From NCBI GenBank assembly GCA_044892525.1, contig CM097885.1, forward strand, positions 41,356,001 to 41,420,000: DNA of 64,000 nt. Reading direction: 5' to 3'. The position numbers were made by a program, and so were the translations under genes. This DNA comes from Schmidtea polychroa (lineage: Eukaryota). Positions 38,401 through 48,800 of this stretch are shown here, one piece after another (position 1 is the stretch's first letter; each line of letters starts with the position of its first letter). The notes beneath the pieces are model-generated. The model saw only the letters and a list, made by a program, of their open reading frames with translations. It searched no databases and was not told where the DNA came from.

Positions 38401-38589
38401 TAAGTGTCGGGTAAACAGTTCCAAACATAAAAAATAATTTGATCTTGTTTTTGAGCTCACTTATCATTTTTCATTTTTCATCGAGTTTAAAATTACCAAA
38501 TAAAAAATAACAAAATTTAAACTCTTTTAAACAATAACAAGAAATGTCAAATTCCAAGCATTCGTTACTTTTAAACATCAAGATACTTA

Positions 38590-39454
38590 TGTTGGGGTTC
38601 AACAAGAGAGGCACAAAAATGAGGTGAAAATTGACAAAAACACCAAATTCAAAATAAAAATTTAAAGTACAAAATATTAATTAAAAATCAAAAATTTTAA
38701 AAAATGAATATTTTCTGGGGGAAACTGGTATGGGCGGATGCTAAATAATGAGACGAGTTCAGCTATAATAAAATAAAATCAATGGGGGGTCCCTAAAAGG
38801 AATAAATTACAAAAAACAAAAATTAATTAAAAATTAATTAACTAATGGAAAACCCGAGCTAATGGGAAACCCGAGCTAATGGAGAACCCGAGCTAATGGG
38901 AAACCCGATACAATGGAAAACCCGAGCGAATTGAGAAATTCAATTTCGGGAAGGCAATTAATTTAGCCGGATAAAATGCGCCGTCAAAGGAAATGAGCAA
39001 ATTCCCTTCAATTAAATTAGACCTCCAAGAGGAAGCCCGGGGGAAATAAAACCAAAAATAATTGGCAAAAATAAAGTCAATTAACAAGCGAGTATAAAAG
39101 CAACTGACAAGAAAACAAAATGCCAGTTGGTCGAAGAAAAGAAAACAGAAGTTGACGAGAGTGAAAAAGGAAATATCAAAGTTAGTCGAAAGTAAACCAT
39201 ATAAAAAAAAATCGAACGTACCAGAAAGGGATATCTCCCGTTGGAAGATCTACCCCTGCGTGAGATTTGTTGGCAATTGAAAAGTGCAGACAAAACCTGA
39301 TTGTATCAAGTGTGAGTAAACTAATACAAGTGTAAAAGTGTAACTGCATCAGTGTCAATAAAGATTTTGTGTTGGGTTATTTGTTTATTTATTTATTTGG
39401 AAAAGAACACAAAGGAGTCAGACCGTAGTACCGACTTGCATTAAAAACCCAACA
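38590..39454 (+). repeat. Element B 5' LTR
   Basis: Differs from the 3' LTR only by one A in a homopolymer as far as seen by eye; TATAAAA at about 39093 and AATAAA at about 39357. Confidence 0.97.
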
Positions 39455-39458
39455 TATT

Positions 39459-39476
39459 TGGTGAGCCCGACGTGAT
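39459..39476 (+). promoter_or_regulatory. Primer binding site of B, tRNA-Trp
   Basis: TGGTGAGCCCGACGTGAT, one mismatch to the canonical animal tRNA-Trp PBS TGGTGACCCCGACGTGAT. Confidence 0.88.
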
Positions 39477-39800
39477 CAAAAGTCGGTGAAGATTTGTTGA
39501 AATTGTGATAATATTTGAGTGATACCGAGGAATAAAAAGGTCGGTGAAAATTTGTTGAGATTAGTAAAGTATCGAAAAAAAAAAAAATTTGGAAAAAGAT
39601 AATAATAATTAAATAAATAAATATTGAAGTGAAACGTTTATTTGAAAGTGGTGAACATTATTCGAGAATTATTAAAGTGGTGAATTTATTATTGAAGCAA
39701 AGTGGGAAAATTTGTAACGAGTGATTGTTGAAAAGTCAAAATTAAAACGAAAGGTAAATTTTGTAATTGTAATACTTTAAATTTTAGACGAGTAAAACCT

Positions 39801-42800
39801 GTGTTAACCAGATCATTTTATAAATTGAGAAGCCAAAAACTAGTAGAGAATATAATGAGTACCCAAAGACAAGTTAATAATACAAATAATAATGATGAAA
39901 CACCGGTGTCCACAGTTTCTGTGGGGAATGTCAGGGAAGGCAATGATTATGCGAGTTGCCAAAAACTACCTGTGGATCAGTACGGTGGAGATCCGCTGGA
40001 ATTTGTCGATTTTATGGCAGATTACTATATGTATGCGACGGCCTATGGATGGAGCCAATCGATAATGGTGCAAAGATTACCGATATACCTAAAAGGAGCA
40101 GCCAGAGAAGCGTGGCAACAAATTGATAAAAGAATAGTAGCAAATGACTGGACCAAGTTGAAAGACGCTTTAGCTACGAAATTAATCGGAGGGGATATCA
40201 AACGGATAATGCGACAGAAATTCTATAACCGCGTACAAAAGCCAGAGGAATCGGTAAGTGAGTTTGCTTATCATTTATCAACTCTTGCAGAGAAAGCGTT
40301 CGAAGTGAAACCAGAACAGGCCGAGATGGCAAAGCAGGTAAAAGAATTATTGCAGGATCAATTCTTGTCAGGAGTAAAGAAAGAAATTAAAAAGGCTCTA
40401 TGCTATGTTGATTTTAATGACTTTGATGAATTGATCAAAAAGGCAATGAAAATTGAGCTAAATTTAAAAAGCACACAGTCAAAATCAGAATCGTTTGCAG
40501 TCATCTCAGGCGCAAGCGAAAGATCAGTAACCCCAATTAGAAACAATCGTTTTCAACAAACAAGTAGTCCATCACCAAAATTTAGATCCAAATTTGAGTC
40601 GAACAAGTCAACAGATATTCAAACAGATGGAAAGGAAGGTCCCATCCAATGTAGTCATTGCCAAAGGATTGGACACCATGTTAACCAATGCTGGTTTAAA
40701 AATAGAGTACAGAGAAGCCCAATTCCGATTCAGTGTGATAATTGCCAAAGAATGGGACATGACAGCAATCAATGCTGGTCCAAAAATAATGTACAACGGA
40801 GTCCAAGGCAAATGTGGCCTGATTGGTTAAAAGGAAATGGTGCGAAAAGTTTCACTAAAGCGAACATTAATGAGCCGAGAACTAATGATAACTTACAATG
40901 CTTTAATTGCGGAAGAAAAGGGCATGTGTCACGAAATTGTTTTGCCAGGTCAAGATCAACATCAACTTCACCATCACCGCAGAGAGATAAAGTAAATCTA
41001 CAAGGACAAATTCAATGTCATTCATGCAGAAGCTATGGACACATGGCTAGATCATGTCCAAGAAATATGGATAAATTCCAAAGGCCCATATTAAAGAAAT
41101 CGATTAGGTTTCAGAGTGACAAACCGCAGATGGATAATGCAGCTTTTATTCAGCCAGATAATTTTAATGAAAGAATTGAAAGCGAAGTGAGAGAAATGGG
41201 TCGACGTTTGGATCGATTGATGTCAAAGTTTGAATCAGAAGAGGACTACAATAATCACATGATGTATGAGTCGCAAGAGGAATTGAATGAAAAAGAGTCG
41301 AAAAGGAGAGTTATAAAAGATGATTTAGAAAGTGAAAAAGCAACAATGATAATGACCAGAATCGAAAAACTAATTGGAAATAATGAAATAGAGTCGGCTA
41401 AAGTGATCAAATCGTTGAGAGAATTAAGTCAAATATCTTTGAGTATGAGAAAGATAAAAAGTGTAATTAGCTTGTGCGTTAACTACTATAATATGAATCC
41501 AAAGTATAAAGAAGAAATTAAAGAATTAATGAAAATATTCGGAAAAGCTTTGAGAGAGAAAACAGGGTTAGATTCCATCTTTGTGGAAGTAGTAAATGGG
41601 ATTGATAAAAGTGTATTATGTTGTCGTTGTGAGGCAAATGATTGTGTAAATGATTTAAAGAATAAATTAAAAGAAAAAAAGGAAGGATGCATGATAGAGT
41701 TGAGATTTAATGAGAGATTGTTAGAAAATGACGAATTTTTGGTAGATTGTGGATTTATACCAGGGAGTATAAATGAATTAAAAATGGAAAATGTAATTAC
41801 TAGTGATGAAATAATGAGTAGTAAAATAATAGACAAAAGGAATTCAAGGGAGATATTAGAGGAATTAAATGATGCGTTATATATTGGAGATGAAGATGAA
41901 ATCAATGAGAAGTTACAGATTATTGAGAAATTAGAAATGGAGGACAACGATAAACTAAAAATAGTGAATACAATACGACCATATTTACATGTGAAAACCA
42001 GATATGCCAAGTTATTAAGAAGTTTATTGCAAAGATTGGGCAAGGAGCTCAGAAAGGCAAGAGTAGAGTTAAAGCCATTTTTAATAGCATTAGATTATGA
42101 GGGATATGGCAAAACGGAATATGTAGACGAGCATTGGTGTGCAAAGGTCCGAAAATTGCGGAAGAGAGCGGCTGAAACGCTGGGAAAAGATGGAATTATT
42201 ATAGTAATGTACAAAGGTGAAGAACTTGACGATGATGAATACCTATATGATTGTGGGTGTGTACCACAAGAGCTGGATGAAAACGGATATTTGATCCGAG
42301 ATGGACGAGTGGGATATTTAGTGAACCATATAGTCGTAGTAAAAGGAGTGAGTTTAGAAGTAAATATTGAGTCTAACAAGCCTGACACAGAGGAACAAGA
42401 TGAAAAAGTTAAGGGAAATAAAGAAATTGATGAAATCGTTAGTGATAATGAGCAAAAAGATCCTGATAACAAAGATCAGTCCACGGAACCAGACGTACAA
42501 GGAGAGCCACTTGTACCTGAAGGCGAAATAAATGGTGAAATCAAAAATAAGAAAGTTAGAACTTTATATGAAATAAAGAAATATTTAGTGAGGCTAGAAC
42601 AGGACGTCGACGAAACTAAGAAAATGTTGAAACATCTCGTTAAAGCAGTATATCCAATGTTCGACGTAGAAATAGAGGTAGATGATGAATTGAAAGAAAT
42701 AGTCAAAGAGATGAAGAATAGGCTTCCTGAAGTGATGCAGAAATTTGGTGAAGAGAATACATTTTGCGAGAGATCAGTAATTGAAAATTTGGCAAAAAAT

Positions 42801-45800
42801 GAAATTAATAAGGAAGTTATAATAATAGCTTTAATTTATGTTGTTTTAGAAATTGGAACGCATACGTTCGCAAGGTCAGACAAGTTAGAAAATTTGATAG
42901 ACATCGCTGCCCGGCTAGTAAACGAATATTTAATGAGCTGGGTAAACGAAAAAGGTGGTTGGAAAACACTGTGTTCATCTCTAACAGAAAAGAAAGATGA
43001 GAAGCAAGAAATGAGTCCACCCCAAAGACGAGTAAATGAAAGAGTTAAGCCAGAACTAAGAAAAACTATGATATTTCCATGGGCGATGTTTATGGTGATT
43101 ACGTTTTGTGCAATAATTACACAGACATCATCTTTAGTTGCGTACGATTGTTCCCAAACTGAAATGGGAAAAGTCTATTCGGTAGTAGATATGTCGGAAT
43201 GCCCAGGTGCGTATCCGAGCAGTTTAAAAATAGAAAATGACGTAAAATATTATGTGTATCAAGAGTCTGATCTGCGAAGAACTCAAGTGAGAGAGTGTAT
43301 TGTCAAACATACAACATTTGTATTCTATTGTGGTAAATGGAGCCATACGTCACTCATAAAAATGCATGCGATACCTAGGCCAGTCGAGGTGCTTCCAGAA
43401 AACTGTCTAGCAGCATTTCAAACAGGAGAATTAAAAATAAGTCCAGAAATTCGTTTAAAGGCAAAATTGAACCATAGAATACGAGAAACAATAATTGTAA
43501 AGGGAGTAATGAAAGCAAATGGCGACTGTGAAGGTGAACCATATAAAATGAACGGTAAAATTATTCAGCAAACAGTGGTGCTAGAAGAATATCTCACGGA
43601 GTTGAGAGAGTTCGAAGGAGCTTTCGATGATGATACGGGAAAATTACAAACTCATCCATTCTGTAATATGAAACAAACACATTGTCAAACAGGGGAATCG
43701 ATTCTTGTTTATAATGTAGAAACAAATAAGTGTAATTTAGCGCACTTAAAAACTATGAACTTTAAAGAGCTAGTAGGAGAACAGTTTAGAGATAAACCAG
43801 ATAATTTCAATATGAATTATAGACCAAATAATACCATTAAATCAACCCCAGTATGGACAAAGCAAATGGGAACAGTTATAATGTCTACGTTACCAGCAGA
43901 TGGAATGCGATTTATAAAAAAGGAAATCACAAATAAATGTGGTCGAATGGTATATGTAACAAATTATAAAGGTGTTTACGTGTCTAGAAATGTTGTGGAA
44001 GAAGCAAAAATTAAAATTCACAGAGATGACATTAAACTTACTCATTATTTTAATAATAAAATTGATTATTTGTTTCATTTTAGTCAAAACATCATGGAAA
44101 ATGTATATAGAGAAATGATTCTGAACGATTGTAAGTTGAATAAAGAGATTCTCCGAAATCGGATGGCGATGGCAATTACGAATCCAAATTTAGTAGCACC
44201 TATGCTAATATCAGAAAATGGAGTGTTTGCGAGAATATTTGGAGAAGCATTATACAGTTACAAATGCAAAGAAGTCACAGTGAAAATTGCCAAATACGAA
44301 AAATGTACGAATGAATTACCAGTAAGCTTTGGGGGAAAGGTACGATTTATGGAACCGATAACTAGAATCTTGCTTGATGAACAAACTAAACCAAAACTTT
44401 TGCAATGCAATCGATTATTAGCCCCTTTATACCGATTAGCTACAGACTCATGGATAGCCTTACCAGATTATCGTGGGGTCAAGACTCCAGACAAACTAGA
44501 ATTAACAAATTTAGAATACCTGATAAATTTCACATCACTAAACAAAATGGCACAAATGGGCTTGTATGCAAGCGAAGATATCGAAGAAGCTCAAAGGAAT
44601 TTGTTGTTTCCATCCAAAAAGGAACGGATAATTTCAGAAATGATTGACACAGTATTACCGAATGGAGAAGGAACAGTAAATTACGAAAATTTGCTAACAC
44701 CTGATCATTTCAAACGAGCTACATATAAAACGATGGAAAAGATTTGGGGCAAGTTCATGTTTTTGAGACAAGCATGTGCAGGTTTAATTGGAATTTACGT
44801 GATTATGATAACGGCAAAGGTGGTAGTGTCGCAAATGTTGTCAGTACATCGAATATACGCAATATCGGGATGGTCATGGAAATTAGTTATTGGTTGTATT
44901 CCATTGTTGGCTAGATTCTTTATTACAGATCATCAATTTAAAGAAATGGCAAGAGTAAGGGCACAATTAAGAAATGGCCGGAAAAGTGAGGAATCGACGT
45001 GTCAGTCGGAAGATAAAAACGACGATCATAATGATGATAACAACAACGGAGAATCGGAGCATAAATGCTTTCGAAAAAGCGTAATAAAGAGTAAAGTAGA
45101 GCCAGAGTCCAGGTTCTTGCTTGAACCAATGCCAAAATTAAGCGGGATTGATACTCTTAGTAGATGGTATACCCCGACATTTAGACCAACAGCACCAATA
45201 TATCCAAATGAACAATTAAAAGAAATGAAACCTGTAGATAATATCACAATCGAATTAGAGAAGATTGAACCAACGAGTGCTGAAATTGAAAGAAAGAATA
45301 TGCTTGGTCTACCATGCAGCTATGCACTAATGACAACAGTAGTAGGAGGAAAACAACCTCGAATAAACATACAGTTTAACAAGAGAAAAGTGGAAGCTTT
45401 ATTAGACTCAGGCTCAAGTCATACTATAGTAGCGGAAAGTTTCTTGACGTATCAGGAGAAAGCCAAAATAAAACCAACGAATCACATTATTAAATCAATG
45501 TCACATAATGCACTAAATATTGTTGGAAAATTAGAAGTTAAACTGATAATTGGAGAGCAAGAAATAATTCATTGGGTATCAGTGATGAGAAAAAGTCCTG
45601 TAAAATGTCTAATTGGCATGGATGTCATGGAGCAACTACATGGAATCTCTCTTGATCTGAGAACTGGAAAACTAATAAAAGGACAAATGGGTGAAGTAGT
45701 GCCTGAAGTAGGAGAGGTATTTCTAAACCAAACATTGGAAGTACCACCAAAAAGCGAAGTAATCTACTATGCAGATGTTATGAGGGTCTCAGATGAGGAG

Positions 45801-48800
45801 TACATATTTGAGCCAAATCAAAAGCTGGTTGAAAAATACGATGTGCCTATGTGTGATGAAGTAGTGAAAGTCCAAAATAAGTCAGTACCAGTTAGAATAG
45901 CGAATTATAGTGCAAGATCCGTTGAGATAAAACCCAAAACCAAATTGGGAAAATTAACAAAAATCAAATCAGAGGAAGCTCAGAAGTTACCGAGAAATAT
46001 AAAAATTTATAAAGAACCTCAGATCACAAGCAAAGATTTGACGGATTTGCAAAAACAAGAATTCGGTGCATTATTAAAGAAATATAGAAATGTATTCGCA
46101 AAACATGAGTATGATCTGGGACTCACTCAGGTGATTGAGCATGAAATACCATTACTCAACGAAACCCCAATAAAATTACGGCCGTATAGAATACCATACA
46201 TACATCAGGAAGAAAGTGATCGGCAAATCAAAGCAATGAAAGAATTCAATATAATAAGAGATAGTTCCTCACCATTCTCATCATCAATAGTAGTAGTTAA
46301 AAAGAAGGACGGTGATTTAAGATTTTGTGTCGACTATCGAAAATTGAACCAAGTAACGAGAAAAGATACATATCCTATTCCTGTTCCACAGGAAATGTTC
46401 GATCAGATGGGGGAGGTGCAATATTTTACGGTAATAGATCTTAATAAAGGATACAATCAATTTAAAGTCAAAGAGGAAGATAGAAGGAAAACTGCATTTT
46501 CAGATGGGAAGGGTCTATATGAGTTTAACGTGTTACCATTCGGATTAACAGGAGCACCTGCTACATTTCAGAGAGGTATGAATTTTGTTTTGCGCGATAT
46601 ACCACATGCATTAGTGTATATTGACGATATTATAATATTTTCGAATAGTTTTCAGGAACATTTGCAGGATGTGGAAACAGTATTCAAGCGATTGTTAGAA
46701 GCAAACTTAAAAATAAAACCCTCCAAATGTGAATGGGGGAAATCTGAAGTCGTTTATGTGGGTCATATCATTTCGCGTCGAGGTTTGCAACCAAATCCAG
46801 AAAATGTAGAAAAAATTGGGAAATATCCTATTCCCAAGGATGTAGATCAGGTTCGACAATTTCTGGGATTAGCCAGTTATTACAGAAAGTTTATTAAAAG
46901 TTTCTCACACGTAGCACAACCTTTGAACATGTTATTGAAAAAGCAAGCAAAATTTAAATGGACAACAGCTCAGCAAGAAGCGTTTGATAAACTCAAAGAA
47001 AGCTTAATAAAACAGCCGATATTAAGATGTCCGAACTTTAAAAAACCGTTTATATTAATGACAGATGCCAGTAATTTCGCATTAGGCGCGGTATTAGGAC
47101 AGCAAGTAGAAGGGGAAAAAGATCATGTAATTGCTTATGCCAGCAGATCATTGAAACCTCATGAAAAGAATTATTCAACAATCGAAAAGGAAACGTTAGC
47201 ATTGGTATATGGGATAACTACTTTTCGACAATATCTAGTGGGCAGAAAATTTGTCGTCTTTACGGATCACAATCCGTTACAATGGCTAATGAAGCACAGA
47301 GATTCGGCCAGTAAATTAATTAGATGGTCAATTGCGTTACAAGAATATGATTTCGAGATAAAGTATCGTATAGGAAAATCAAATGCAAATGCGGATGCTA
47401 TGTCGAGAATACCCGTAAAAAATAATGTTGATCAAGATGAGAAAAATTGCGAAAATACAATATTCTTGGCAATTAAAACGGTAAATAATATCGAAAAATT
47501 ACAAGATGATCAGGAAAATGACGAGGAATTAAATCAGTTACGTCAACATGCTGTCTCAATCAAAAAGGAGAGTGACTGGAAACATATTGCCGAAGAGAAC
47601 CATAAATACATTATTCATGATGGTTTGTTAAAATGTGCACAAAATGAAAATTTGTTAATTATTGTTCCGACAAAACATCGAAAAGCATTGCTGTTGTTGT
47701 ATCACGATGGAGCATTAGGAGGGCATTTATCAGCGCGAAAAACATTATCAAGATTGAAACAGAAATATTATTGGAAAACGATGGAACAAGATATCAGACA
47801 ATGGTGTCATACGTGTGAGATATGCCTAACAAGACGAAATACGGGACGGAAAATAAAAGTTCCGCTTAAGCCTATGCCAGTGCCAAAGGCGCCAATGGAA
47901 ATGACAGCAATGGACATCGTTGGTCCATTGCCAGAAACAACAAATGGCAACAAATACATTATTGTGTTTTGCGATTATCTTACTAAATGGCCAGAAGCTT
48001 ATGCAATGCCAAATCAGAAAGCAGAAACAGTTGCGAAAATATTTGTGGAGAATATTATTTTTCGATACGGAGCACCAAAGAAATTACTTACAGATCAAGG
48101 AACAAATTTTCAGAGTGAATTATTTAAATCAATTACAGATTTATTTGGTATATTAAAACTTAGTACCTCACCATATCATCCACAAACAGATGGTCTAGTT
48201 GAAAGATTTAATGGGACACTAATTAATATGATATCATCCTATGTAAATAGGAAACAAAAGGATTGGGATTTATTCATTAAACCATGCCTATTTGCATACC
48301 GGAATGCAGTAAATGAAAGCATTGGAGAAACACCCTTTTATCTCATGTATCTACGGCGAAACAATATGCCAGTCGATCTAGAATTTCAGTCACCTATTTC
48401 CCAATATATGGATGTGTCAGATTATAAAATAGCTATGCATGAAAGACTACAGTCAGTATGGATCCAAGCTGGACTTAACATAAGGCATCATCAAGAAGCG
48501 TATAAAGAATGCTATGATAAACGCGCACGGGCGCATGACATTAAAATTGGAGATCTCGTGTATATAAACAAACCAGAACCAACAAAAGGCTTGTCAACGA
48601 AATTGCAACGACCGTTTAAAGGACCATATCTAGTGTGTGATACGACAGAGACTAACTTAAAATTGCGTCCACAAAACAATAAAAAGGCTGGGACAATCAT
48701 CGTTCATGTAAACAGATGCAAGAAGATAATAGAAGATGAATCACGTTATCCATTGAGATCAAAACCAAATAAAGATGCAGGGAACCCAGTAATTAAACAA

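Noticed and set aside
38893..39293. Minus-strand ORFs in the LTRs of B and short antisense ORFs across both polyproteins
   Set aside because: The frame differs between the two LTRs through a homopolymer indel; the others are shadow ORFs of A-rich coding strands with no motifs.
45700..45970. dUTPase-like segment between PR and RT (also in A)
   Set aside because: Has the beta-strand pattern of the degenerate linker common in Gypsy Pol, but no dUTPase catalytic motifs.
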